This document shows positions 16,028 through 25,864 of a stretch of 58,516 nt of DNA, one piece after another. The notes below the pieces were generated by a model. It worked only from the letters and a program-made list of their open reading frames with translations, was not told the DNA's origin and made no database searches. Origin of the DNA: a virus. Lineage: Duplodnaviria > Caudoviricetes. The stretch covers positions 1 through 58,516 of IMG/VR virus record IMGVR_UViG_3300031963_000166; one strand, given 5' to 3'. The translations under genes and the position numbers were made by a program. The stretch's first letter is position 1; every line of letters starts with the position of its first letter.

Positions 16028-16836
16028 ATTTTACAGGAATTGACATAGACAAGCTTAAGTTGCTCAATGGCTGCTGCCTTGTTCAGCTTCACTCTTATAC
16101 AGAGGATGAGATTTCATTTAATGGCGGAACACTGAAGCTTGTTCACAAGGTAAAAACATACGCCTCAGAGGCCGACCCAAGGGATATCGTAAGCGCCGTG
16201 AAGGGGATGAAAAAGTTTCGGTATAAGGACAAGGAGGCAATGAAGGAATATCAGTCGATGGCGGCTGAGTTGAATAAAAAGGTTGACGAAAACAAGGAGA
16301 GCCAGCAGGACAAGCAGGCCGTAAGAAGAGGAGTAATCGTGAAACTCCCGCATGCATGCCTTGGTGATTCCGGGTGGGACTATGAATGCGAGTTTGATGG
16401 AAACGTGGGGGACGAAGTATGGTTTGACGCCACCTACACCAGGGAAATGATAACCGAAGGAGAGGGAGGGTTCGAAATTGACGGAAAAATATTCCTGATG
16501 ATTCCCGTTAAGTCAATTTATGCGGTTAAAAAAGATGACGAAATATTGGGGCTGAACGGTTTTGTGATAGGGAAAAGGCTGCCGAACGACAGGAAGCAGG
16601 GGTCGCTATATCTGCCTGACACGAAAACAGCAAGGGTCGAGGTTGTTGTGCCAAACGCAAGAACGCCGATATACAAAGAAAACTCTCCGTGGACAAACAC
16701 CGTTGTGAAAAAGGGAGACATTGTTTTGATGAGAGACATCTTTGCTATACCTCTTGACGCAACACTTGCAAAAAGCACTGACTTGGTCAGATTTCAAACA
16801 AGGGTAATAAGAGCTTACGAGCATGATCAAGCTTGA
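16024..16836 (+). CDS. Tandem GroES-like domain protein
   Basis: Two GroES-like units: RGVIVKLP ... VGDEVWF ... EIDGKIFLMIPVKSI and NGFVIG ... GSLYLP ... VKKGDIVLM. Confidence 0.65.
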   Translation: MNFTGIDIDKLKLLNGCCLVQLHSYTEDEISFNGGTLKLVHKVKTYASEADPRDIVSAVKGMKKFRYKDKEAMKEYQSMAAELNKKVDENKESQQDKQAVRRGVIVKLPHACLGDSGWDYECEFDGNVGDEVWFDATYTREMITEGEGGFEIDGKIFLMIPVKSIYAVKKDDEILGLNGFVIGKRLPNDRKQGSLYLPDTKTARVEVVVPNARTPIYKENSPWTNTVVKKGDIVLMRDIFAIPLDATLAKSTDLVRFQTRVIRAYEHDQA

Positions 16837-17476
16837 TTTCAGTAAAATAGCGTATAACATTGAGGCTATCCCGGAGGGTCAGGCGGTTATATACGGCTTT
16901 TCCGACCTCGCAAGCCAGTCCCATGTGTTTGATCGCAGTGACGATCTACCGCATGGGGTTGACGCAGACAAGGTGTTGAGGTACCTGATATACATGTTTG
17001 CTCCCGGTACGCCGGTGAGGGACGCATACCCGGACATTAATCAGCGGAAGAGGTATACCCTTAACAAGTTAAATATTGTTATCGATGAAAACGATACAGA
17101 CGAAGGGTACGCTCAGCTTTGCTTGATGAATGCCACGTGGGCGGTAGAAAGGTACATAGCCTTCACGAGACTTCAGTGTTCCGAGGACTACTCGATCATG
17201 AGCACTGCCGATATTCGAATAGCAGCTCTTCAGAGAGCGCTATTGACACAACCGGTTGACAAGTCTGGGGATGACAAAAATTTCCAAGAAGGTCTTGAAA
17301 GATGGAGGCAAACGCTTGTTGATGCGCGGGGTCGCATAATGAATGACGAGACGAGCATAACTCTTCAGAAGGCGATCACGTTTTCTGTTAGGGCTGAAAA
17401 CCTCGGGATACAACCCGAGTATTATGCCAGGGTGTGGAGGGAGAAGAAAGAAATATTTCCAGACGTTATACCATAG
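16823..17476 (+). CDS. Hypothetical protein, candidate terminase small subunit
   Basis: Helical 217-aa ORF directly upstream of TerL; call is by synteny only. Confidence 0.45.
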   Translation: MIKLDFSKIAYNIEAIPEGQAVIYGFSDLASQSHVFDRSDDLPHGVDADKVLRYLIYMFAPGTPVRDAYPDINQRKRYTLNKLNIVIDENDTDEGYAQLCLMNATWAVERYIAFTRLQCSEDYSIMSTADIRIAALQRALLTQPVDKSGDDKNFQEGLERWRQTLVDARGRIMNDETSITLQKAITFSVRAENLGIQPEYYARVWREKKEIFPDVIP

Positions 17477-19939
17477 ATGGAGCACGAATACCAACAGGAG
17501 GACGAGTACGTTATTTTTCATGAAAATGACCCGGATCTTGATACAATCAAGATTAAACTACCAAGGCTTGAGGAGTGGTATAGTGACGTTTTGAAAAGAC
17601 CGGTCTCAAGGGAAGAGGCGCTAACATTTGTTGATGGGTACGGGCTGCCTCCTGAAAAACAAAAGTTTACCCACCAAGAGATGCCCGAAAAACTCAAGCT
17701 CATCTATGAGGTTGTTTTTAATAAAAAGCACGCCACCAACAGAACCAGGTACAAGGAGGCCACAGACGTGAGGCTTGAGGATCTCTACGAAGAGATAGAG
17801 ACAAATCAAAAATACTACGCTTCTGAAATCGTATGGATTAAGACGCAGATAAAAAGAAGGTATATTGGATACTGGTGTTTTATCAAGGGGAAGCCAACGT
17901 ATCTTAATGGCGCCAATTATTTTTTTCTAAACTTTTGGCCGGTAAAAAACTTTGGGAAAAACAACAACAGGGCTGATTACAGGGATTATCAACGGCAGAT
18001 ATTTCACTTTTTGATGTACTGCTACACTACCCATGAAGCGTTTTACAAACACAGGATCACATACAGGGAAAACGGCGCTGTAAAGGTTCGGTATTCAAAC
18101 CGAGATGTAAGGGACGTAGTGGAGGAGATGAAGGAAATGGATGTTGAATATTATGTGGAGCCCAACATTGCAATATCCATTGACATGGGCAGGAGGACTG
18201 TGCACGGCGCGAACTTTGTGTCCGGAAGACGAATAGCGAAGACGGCTATTTCTTGCTGCTTCTGCACATGGGGGACGCTCAATATGCCTGATCAGACATT
18301 CATCATCCAGGCAATGAATGAAGATCAGGCCATAAACAAAATATTTGTTAAACAAATCCAAACGCCGGTTAGCAAGCTGCCGTTTTTCTTCAGGCCGCAC
18401 TATCGCGGGAAGCTTGAGGCAAAGCAGGGGTTAAGATTTCAGTACGAGGGGTCTGTGGCCGCCGCAGCAAGAGCCGGGATGATTCCCGAGCAGATGGAGT
18501 GTTTTATAACGCCGTTGACATCAAATGAAAAAGCGGCGGACGGCGAGGCTGAAATTGCTTTTGTCTACCGGGATGAACCGGCAAAAAAGACAGATGCAAA
18601 GGCCGCTGACCAAAACATACCGACGTGGTGGTACAACACCATGAAGCCGGCCATAGAGCGAGGAAGAAATATTCGTGGTTTTTGCGTCATGCCCTCGACT
18701 GTTGGCGACATGGAGAGTGGCGGTGGATCTCAGTTTTTCGAAATAGCAAATGAGTCTCATTTTTCGGACAGGAACGAAAACGGCACGACAGCGTCTGGCC
18801 TTATCAATTTTTTCCTGCCCGGATATTATGCTCTTGAGGGCTATATTGACGAGTACGGAGCAAGCGTTGTCGAGGATCCGCCGGAACCGGTAATGTCCAA
18901 TGATGGCAAGTGGATAAAAGAGGGTGCAAAAACGCATCTTTTAAATCAGGCTGAGTATTTTGAAAAAAAGAAACAGTGGGGTAACCTGATTAAATTGCAG
19001 CAAAACTTTCCGATGTCGTGGAAGCAGGCTTTTGCTGTCATACCCAAAGACATGGGCATGCCGATTGAAAAAATGAGAGACAGGATATCTGAACTCAAAT
19101 TTTCAAAGACTCCTCTTTCGACAAAAATCAACTTAAAGTGGGTAGGAAACAAGTTTGGTGGGGATGTGTTTATTGAAAATGATCCAAAGGGAAAATGGAC
19201 AATGACATTCCTTCCTCCAATTGAGCAAAGAAACCTTCGGGTCGTTGTTTCTGCAGAAGAGGGTTATGTGCCACCAAAGGAGAAGGGTCTTATTTACGCC
19301 CCCGACCCGTCAGTTATGAATAAGTTTTTCCTGGCGTGTGACCCTGTGAAATTCCATAGAAGAAACACGGTTGGGAAAAAAAAGTCCAATGCCGCCGCCG
19401 CAATATTTTATAAGCGGGATTCCCAGGTAGACCCAGACACGAAGCCTCGCAACGAATGGGTGTCAAACGATTGGGTGATGATATATAATCACCCGGTTGA
19501 CGACAAGGAGGAGTACCACGAGGAATGGCTGAAGGCGGCCATATTGTTTGGCGCCTACGTTTACCCAGAATGGCCTGACGGAGAGTCTATCGTTGAGTAT
19601 TTTAGAGAAAATGGATTTGACGGATACCTATTGAAGGATGTCGGCGCCGACGGCAAGCAAGATTCAAGACCCGGGGTTTGGGCTGGCGTTGCTGAGCAAA
19701 ATGAAATGGCCGGTGATATAATGACGTTTTTCTACAACAATGCAAGGTATGTAAAGATATGGGAAATACTTGACGAATGGACTCAAATGAGAGGCATTGA
19801 CGATCTTACCAATCATGACTTGTGCGCTGCGACTGGCTGGTGCATGAGGGCGATAAAAAGCAGGATGCCTGATATTTACAAAGATGTTTATCGTCCAATT
19901 GAGGTTACGGGTGGATTTGACACATACAGTATAGACTGA
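17477..19939 (+). CDS. terL: Terminase large subunit
   Basis: 820 aa; Walker A-like SGRRIAKT, Walker B VYRDE, PST motif, nuclease ACDP and HDL; precedes the portal. Confidence 0.88.
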   Translation: MEHEYQQEDEYVIFHENDPDLDTIKIKLPRLEEWYSDVLKRPVSREEALTFVDGYGLPPEKQKFTHQEMPEKLKLIYEVVFNKKHATNRTRYKEATDVRLEDLYEEIETNQKYYASEIVWIKTQIKRRYIGYWCFIKGKPTYLNGANYFFLNFWPVKNFGKNNNRADYRDYQRQIFHFLMYCYTTHEAFYKHRITYRENGAVKVRYSNRDVRDVVEEMKEMDVEYYVEPNIAISIDMGRRTVHGANFVSGRRIAKTAISCCFCTWGTLNMPDQTFIIQAMNEDQAINKIFVKQIQTPVSKLPFFFRPHYRGKLEAKQGLRFQYEGSVAAAARAGMIPEQMECFITPLTSNEKAADGEAEIAFVYRDEPAKKTDAKAADQNIPTWWYNTMKPAIERGRNIRGFCVMPSTVGDMESGGGSQFFEIANESHFSDRNENGTTASGLINFFLPGYYALEGYIDEYGASVVEDPPEPVMSNDGKWIKEGAKTHLLNQAEYFEKKKQWGNLIKLQQNFPMSWKQAFAVIPKDMGMPIEKMRDRISELKFSKTPLSTKINLKWVGNKFGGDVFIENDPKGKWTMTFLPPIEQRNLRVVVSAEEGYVPPKEKGLIYAPDPSVMNKFFLACDPVKFHRRNTVGKKKSNAAAAIFYKRDSQVDPDTKPRNEWVSNDWVMIYNHPVDDKEEYHEEWLKAAILFGAYVYPEWPDGESIVEYFRENGFDGYLLKDVGADGKQDSRPGVWAGVAEQNEMAGDIMTFFYNNARYVKIWEILDEWTQMRGIDDLTNHDLCAATGWCMRAIKSRMPDIYKDVYRPIEVTGGFDTYSID

Positions 19940-20005
19940 TTATTTTGAACATTTTATGAAAAAATGTTATAAATTTGCCGTTATCAAAATAACTTCGCAC
20001 AAAGT

Positions 20006-22402
20006 ATGCTTTTACCACAATTAGCTGGAGGGATCTTATTCCCTGATGACAATATCCCCGAAAAGGATAAGCTTGATCCGAGTTTCGGTTTGAAGTGCGG
20101 AAGGGCGCTTTATTCAAGATTTTGCGCTGGAGGGACATATTTTTCGATGCCCCAACTACCAGAGATGCAGGACACACGAAACTACGGAGCCGGGATGCAG
20201 TCTACCGAAAGATATAAAAGTCGTTTTTTCAACGGGTCTCCAGTCGGCAGCAAGGGAAGCAAGCAAGCTCCGTCCGGCGCTCCTATCGGCGATATGACAA
20301 AGGCTCAAAGAAAAGCACTTGTTAACATTAGTTATGATATTTTTTCTCCGATGAGAAAAATGACCAATGTTCTTTTGTCTGTACTTGCCGACAATGACTA
20401 CAAGGTAGACTGTCTGTCGCTTGACAGAAGTGTGATAGAAACAAAAAGGCGATCCAAGGCCACGATACTTGCAAGAAGCAAGGTGGTGAATCCCTTTCTT
20501 GAATCTATCGGATTAAAAAAGCTGCATGTTCCGTTTGTTGCAAGAGATCAGTCAACGGTTGATATGGCCGACAGGCTTGGGTTTTTTAAGGCCAGATATG
20601 AAGTCGCCCTTGAGAAGCTTGCCGAGTCTGGTTTCCGCGCTGGGAAATACAAAGATCAGCGAATGGCTTACAATCGCGATGCGATTGATTACCACATTCG
20701 CATAGGAAAGATTTACAACGACGAAAAAACGGGACAGGTAAAGCCGCAGTATATTGATCCCGCAAGAACCGTTATGTTGTGGAACGAAGACAACGAGAGC
20801 GACCCCGTGGCGATAGGCCACATTGAGGTTGAGATGATACAATCGATTTACCCCAAGCTAAAGGAAGCTGGTTTTTCTGATAAAGAAATCCAGTCTATGG
20901 CAAAATCGTATGTTCCGTATCAAACAGACGTCTCATCAATCCCTGCGTGGGCATTTGAAAGAAAAGACCCGACAACAAACAAGTGGGTATGGATGGACTT
21001 TAAGGTGTATGTTTTAAAGTTTGAGTATTTGTCAACTGATTATTCTCAGTACGTTGAGAGAACGAACAAAAAAGGAGTTAAAACGTTCTTGAAAAACAAC
21101 GTTCCTGTCGAGGATAAAAAGAAGAATCCAAACGAAAATTACCACGAGGTGTCTTGCAATTACTGGTATGAGGGAAGTTACATAATATCTGGCACCGGAC
21201 AGGATCGGATATACGGGTGGAGAAAAAAACCCAACCAAATGCAGGGCGGCCTCACGCCAAAATGCTCGTATGTGGTTGACAGGATTTACGGGCAAAGCCC
21301 AACGAGAAGCGTAAAGGGTCTTCTTGATGACCTGATGATCGCCGTCCTTAAGCTCAGGGCTGCCGTTTTTGTTGCTGCCCCGAAAGGATACAGAATAGAC
21401 ATTGGCGAGGCCGCAAACATCAAGATCGGGGGCGTGGAATACGACTTGTTCGACCTGGTGCACGTTCACCGGCAAAACGGCATTCTTGTCGCCGCAACCA
21501 AATTCAATGCGGCAACAGGCAAGTACGTTTCCCAACCGTTGGTAGAGATGGACAATGGTCTTGGTCCTCAGGGTCAAGAGTGGCTTGCTCAGATAGCCAA
21601 TATTCAATTAATGATTAAGGATATTCTCGGCATTCCGGATGCTATGGCTGCGAGCCCCGATCAAAGCGCAGAAAGGCTCGTCGGAGTCATGGAGGCCGAC
21701 TACAACGCTGGCAACCATGCCAACTGGCCGTTAAAAGAGTCCGAAAGAAGGTTTAAGGAAAAGATGGCGGAAAGAATGATTCATCAAGCCAGGATAGATA
21801 TTCAGTTTGATCCGGATATTGAAGAGTTTTACAGAGCAATCATTGGAGACAACTTGGTAAACGCCCTCCATGAAATAGAGGATCTGTCTCTTGACGATTT
21901 GGCAATAACCTGTAGATCTTTGCCAAACGAAAAGGAAAAAGATGCTATTCTGCAAAGGGCAATTCAGATGTCTCAAATACCGACAAAGGACGGCTCCGTT
22001 TTGCTTTCCCCTTCAAGCGTTGAGCGGGTTGCTCAAATGCTTAAAAACGGAGATGTGGACGAGGCCCTGTGGTTCATGGCGAAGTCTGAGATGGAGGCAA
22101 GGGATCGCGAGGAAACGCACGCTAAAGAAATGCTTCAGCAAACCATTCAGGGTCAGCAACAAACGGCGATCATGACGGAGCAGGAGAAGCTCAAGTCGGC
22201 AATGAAGCTTGCGGAAGTGGAGGTTAAGAAGTATGCGGCTATGGCAAACGTGGATCTTCAAAAAGAAAAAGAGCTATCAAGCCTCAAGGCCGACCAGGAT
22301 TATGACATCCAATTGCTAAAGGGTGAGCAAGTTCTTGAACAAATAAACCTTGAGGCTACCCTTGAGTCTCAGTACGGAAACGAAATAACAGGAAGAGTAT
22401 AA
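20006..22402 (+). CDS. Portal protein
   Basis: 798 aa after TerL; YIDPA and ILGIPDAM motifs; C-terminal coiled coil; TAAATTTG box at 19970-19977. Confidence 0.82.
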   Translation: MLLPQLAGGILFPDDNIPEKDKLDPSFGLKCGRALYSRFCAGGTYFSMPQLPEMQDTRNYGAGMQSTERYKSRFFNGSPVGSKGSKQAPSGAPIGDMTKAQRKALVNISYDIFSPMRKMTNVLLSVLADNDYKVDCLSLDRSVIETKRRSKATILARSKVVNPFLESIGLKKLHVPFVARDQSTVDMADRLGFFKARYEVALEKLAESGFRAGKYKDQRMAYNRDAIDYHIRIGKIYNDEKTGQVKPQYIDPARTVMLWNEDNESDPVAIGHIEVEMIQSIYPKLKEAGFSDKEIQSMAKSYVPYQTDVSSIPAWAFERKDPTTNKWVWMDFKVYVLKFEYLSTDYSQYVERTNKKGVKTFLKNNVPVEDKKKNPNENYHEVSCNYWYEGSYIISGTGQDRIYGWRKKPNQMQGGLTPKCSYVVDRIYGQSPTRSVKGLLDDLMIAVLKLRAAVFVAAPKGYRIDIGEAANIKIGGVEYDLFDLVHVHRQNGILVAATKFNAATGKYVSQPLVEMDNGLGPQGQEWLAQIANIQLMIKDILGIPDAMAASPDQSAERLVGVMEADYNAGNHANWPLKESERRFKEKMAERMIHQARIDIQFDPDIEEFYRAIIGDNLVNALHEIEDLSLDDLAITCRSLPNEKEKDAILQRAIQMSQIPTKDGSVLLSPSSVERVAQMLKNGDVDEALWFMAKSEMEARDREETHAKEMLQQTIQGQQQTAIMTEQEKLKSAMKLAEVEVKKYAAMANVDLQKEKELSSLKADQDYDIQLLKGEQVLEQINLEATLESQYGNEITGRV

Positions 22403-22403
22403 C

Positions 22404-23441
22404 ATGGAAGACAACACAAACGCTGGTCAGCAGAATGATCCAGCAAACACAGCGGCACAATCGGCGCAACCCCAGGAATGGTACAGTGCTTTTGGATTTG
22501 AAAGCGAAGACGCGTTCAAGCAAGAGTTCGAGCAGCTAAAAGGCTACAAGACGCTCGCCTCAGAGTTGGACGAAAGAGCAAAAGATGTTGAGGAGGGATT
22601 CGCTATCCTTCAGGCGGCCGAAGACCCGTACGCGGGGAATGAAGAGGCAAGGATGCTCGTAGAATTTTCTAAAAAAGGCATCCCATCATCTGTGGCAAAC
22701 AAGCTGATGAAGATGGACGTTGACTTGGTAATGAGCGACCCGCTTTCTGCCATCGTCGCTGCCGAGGCTATTAAAAATGCCGAGAAATTCAAAAAGCTCG
22801 GAGAAGAGGTCATCGAAGAGGCTGTGCGGGAAAAGTATGGCATCGGCCCGGGCGATTATGATCCGACGGCACTAATGAAGTCTGATGCTCTTGATGCTGC
22901 CGAGCTGATTGTAAAATTGAAAAAAGATGTTGCAGAAAGCAAAAATCCGTTTATATTTGCAAAAGAATTGAAAACCCAGAACGAAAAGACGTTCGCGGAA
23001 AGGCAGACCTTAGCATTTTCAGAGGCCGAAAACTTCTCAAAACAGCTCAAGGAAGTGCCGTACAAGTTTGGTGAAAATCAAGTGTCGCTGAAAGTTTCGA
23101 GCGAAGAGACTGAGTCAATCTTGAAATCGCAATACGCATCGTATCTGGGAAGGGCTTTTGACCCTACGACTCAGGAAGGCAAAAAACAAATCCAGGATTG
23201 GGTGTCCAATCAAATCCTCGTTCATAAGGTTCAGACCGGGGAGCTTGGGATTCAAATCCAGGAAGCTATTCAGAGCGGAGCGTTGAAAGCGGCTGTTCAA
23301 ACCGTCTACAATGGTCAGCCAAAAATGGTTAACAGAGTAGGCAAAGTCATAACGGACGCAAAGAATCTCACGCCGGCACAGAAAGATTTGCTTGCACGAG
23401 GAGTTCCTTTGCCGTCTCAACAAATTCAGTCTAACCCCTAA
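22404..23441 (+). CDS. Putative capsid scaffolding protein
   Basis: Acidic, helical, between portal and MCP. Confidence 0.65.
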   Translation: MEDNTNAGQQNDPANTAAQSAQPQEWYSAFGFESEDAFKQEFEQLKGYKTLASELDERAKDVEEGFAILQAAEDPYAGNEEARMLVEFSKKGIPSSVANKLMKMDVDLVMSDPLSAIVAAEAIKNAEKFKKLGEEVIEEAVREKYGIGPGDYDPTALMKSDALDAAELIVKLKKDVAESKNPFIFAKELKTQNEKTFAERQTLAFSEAENFSKQLKEVPYKFGENQVSLKVSSEETESILKSQYASYLGRAFDPTTQEGKKQIQDWVSNQILVHKVQTGELGIQIQEAIQSGALKAAVQTVYNGQPKMVNRVGKVITDAKNLTPAQKDLLARGVPLPSQQIQSNP

Positions 23442-23453
23442 AAAAATTGAAAA

Positions 23454-24869
23454 ATGGGATTTACACCTAATGGAAATATAGCGCCTATTGCAGCCCCCGG
23501 CGGGATGACATATGGCGGCATCCAGAATAACTGGGATGCACTCATGGAGGACTTCGACGCGGTAGCGTACCTCCCTTTTGGCGACGAGTATTGGGACGCC
23601 ATGAACCAAATTATGAACGCGATTGGAAACCGGGAGATTGCAAAGCAGCCAACTGTACGTTGGTTTGAGTTGACTCGCCAGGAGGTTCCGCTCACGATCA
23701 ACGATACAGCAACTATTACTGATGCGGGCGTAGCTGTAGACGTTGCGGCCTCAGATGTTGTTACAGTTGGCGGCACCAGATATCTTTGGGCTGCGAAAAA
23801 CGAGATTTACCGACATGCAAAAACAGGTAAGCTTGTTCAGGTTATTGCAAAAGATGCGAGCACCACTCCAGCTACTGTAACGCTCAAGACCCTGAAGGCG
23901 TCACCAGGCGGCAACATTAGTGTTGTGCCGAATGACAAGTTCTTCTATATTGGCGTGAGTGTTCCGGAGAACTCTTCTGCTCAGGAAGCGAAGTTCACCT
24001 TCGATACCTTGCATTCTGCGAAGATCCAAACAATGCGCCATGATGGCTTGACAAGCTCCGAGGCGCTGTACAATCAGCTTTGGTATAGCCAAATTGAAAA
24101 CGGCATGCAAACGCCGTATTCGAACTCTCGTGACGTCCTGTATTTGCAGCGCGAGCACCAGGTGTCTATTGTGAACTCGTTCCTTGGAATGGACACGGAC
24201 AACACCTTGACTGCATCGGAATCGTTCCAAACAACAACCGGTTTGATTCCTTCCATCATCGCCTCTGGTCAGGTTCATGACGCTGCGGGATTTGTCGATC
24301 AGACAGACTTTTACACTCTTGAAGCAATGCTGACCTCTCAGGATGCATCGATCAAGAATTACATGGTCTGGACTACCGGCAAAACATCAGCCAACATCGA
24401 GCAGGCAATGTTTGAATACAACAAGAACGCAAACATCACTTTGAATAAGGTTCAAATGGAGAAGACGTTCTGGGGCGAGGGTGCTTATGCCGACCTCATG
24501 CGCTCGACTTACTCGTTCAACAATCTTGTCTTCAACAACAAGAACTTTGGACTTGTTCGTATGGGTATTTTCGACAACCCTCAGACGTTTGCGACGACTG
24601 ACTCTAACTGGTTGGACTACGCTGTGTTCCTCCCATTGAGTTCAGGCAACATCGATGATGGTCTCGGAAACATGGGTAAGTATGTTCGCTTGTGCCACAA
24701 GCCGGGCGCGTTCATGAACATGTGGCAGACCGGCGGTCGTGCTGCGGCAAACAAGACCGAAAAGTGGGAACTTGGAATTCACATTGTTTCCGAAATCGGA
24801 TTTAAGTTTGTGAATGCAAACAAGTACGGAATGTTCATCAATGCTTCAGCCCCTGGTCCTGAAGTATAA
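23454..24869 (+). CDS. Major capsid protein
   Basis: 471 aa after the scaffold gene; followed by a strong terminator. Confidence 0.82.
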   Translation: MGFTPNGNIAPIAAPGGMTYGGIQNNWDALMEDFDAVAYLPFGDEYWDAMNQIMNAIGNREIAKQPTVRWFELTRQEVPLTINDTATITDAGVAVDVAASDVVTVGGTRYLWAAKNEIYRHAKTGKLVQVIAKDASTTPATVTLKTLKASPGGNISVVPNDKFFYIGVSVPENSSAQEAKFTFDTLHSAKIQTMRHDGLTSSEALYNQLWYSQIENGMQTPYSNSRDVLYLQREHQVSIVNSFLGMDTDNTLTASESFQTTTGLIPSIIASGQVHDAAGFVDQTDFYTLEAMLTSQDASIKNYMVWTTGKTSANIEQAMFEYNKNANITLNKVQMEKTFWGEGAYADLMRSTYSFNNLVFNNKNFGLVRMGIFDNPQTFATTDSNWLDYAVFLPLSSGNIDDGLGNMGKYVRLCHKPGAFMNMWQTGGRAAANKTEKWELGIHIVSEIGFKFVNANKYGMFINASAPGPEV

Positions 24870-24882
24870 TCAGAATCAAGAT

Positions 24883-24912
24883 AAAAAGGGGGCAATGTCG
24901 CCCCCTTTTTTT
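24883..24912 (+). terminator. Intrinsic terminator after MCP
   Basis: AAAAAGGGGGC-AATGTC-GCCCCCTTTTTTT. Confidence 0.88.
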
Positions 24913-24928
24913 AAAACCAATATACGTT

Positions 24929-25861
24929 ATGCTTTTCGATATAAGCACCATGCAACCGGTCTCTATCCCGCAGTGGGCTGAAGACCAAATGAAAGAGGAT
25001 TTTCCCGAGTTTTACAAAGGCAAGTCCGTACAAATTATAATAGGCGAAGACAAAAGGGTTAAAACCCTGAAGGTTCCGTCCAACTCTCACGACAACGAGC
25101 CGAGGCCGTACTACGAGGTACGAAGCAATTCAAGGAAAGCGAGAGGTGTACTTATTGACCCGGAAACCGGAGAGCAGTACCACATTCAATACACGTCTGC
25201 CGCTCCTCGGCCAGGTGCGAGCGGGATTCAATTCGCCTACCCGCACTGCAACGTGACTGTAAGTGATGGCATGCGCATTCAGCCAGGGCAAAAAGACTTG
25301 CTGTTTTACCTGCATTACCTGTGTCCTGTCATTAAGAACAACAGGTGTGCTTTCCGTTCCGCTGACCCCTGGTACGAGTATTACAAGCCAGAGATTGAAG
25401 CTGCTGACCGGATCAACCAGGCCAAGGAACGTGTGGATCTCGAAAAACTCGTGTACTTCGACACGCCTTACGAAACAGTTCTTAAGGCAATTGACGGGCT
25501 CGCAATGAAGAGAACCGGCAACGAGGAGCGAGACAGGGTTGCGCTGAGAGACGCCATAGCTAAGGGCTCCGACACGTTTAAAAGAAACGCGTTTGGCATC
25601 CTCGGGTCTTTCCAAAAGAAGGCAGCCGCACAGGAACCAGAGGCAGAGACTGTCAGCGAGATGCTCAATCGTCTTTTGAATGAAAAAATTATCAAAAATG
25701 ACGAAGGAAAGTGGTATCTTCGCGACAAAAGAGGGGATGGTGATAAATGGTTAAAGGCGCCGTTTTATGAGACTCAAGGAGACTTGAAAGAGGCGTTTTT
25801 CGAACTGTCTGATCACCTTTCCGCGAACAATGAATTGCTTGTTAAACTCAGAAAACAATAA
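24929..25861 (+). CDS. Hypothetical morphogenesis protein
   Basis: 310 aa directly after MCP. Confidence 0.7.
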   Translation: MLFDISTMQPVSIPQWAEDQMKEDFPEFYKGKSVQIIIGEDKRVKTLKVPSNSHDNEPRPYYEVRSNSRKARGVLIDPETGEQYHIQYTSAAPRPGASGIQFAYPHCNVTVSDGMRIQPGQKDLLFYLHYLCPVIKNNRCAFRSADPWYEYYKPEIEAADRINQAKERVDLEKLVYFDTPYETVLKAIDGLAMKRTGNEERDRVALRDAIAKGSDTFKRNAFGILGSFQKKAAAQEPEAETVSEMLNRLLNEKIIKNDEGKWYLRDKRGDGDKWLKAPFYETQGDLKEAFFELSDHLSANNELLVKLRKQ

Positions 25862-25864
25862 AAG

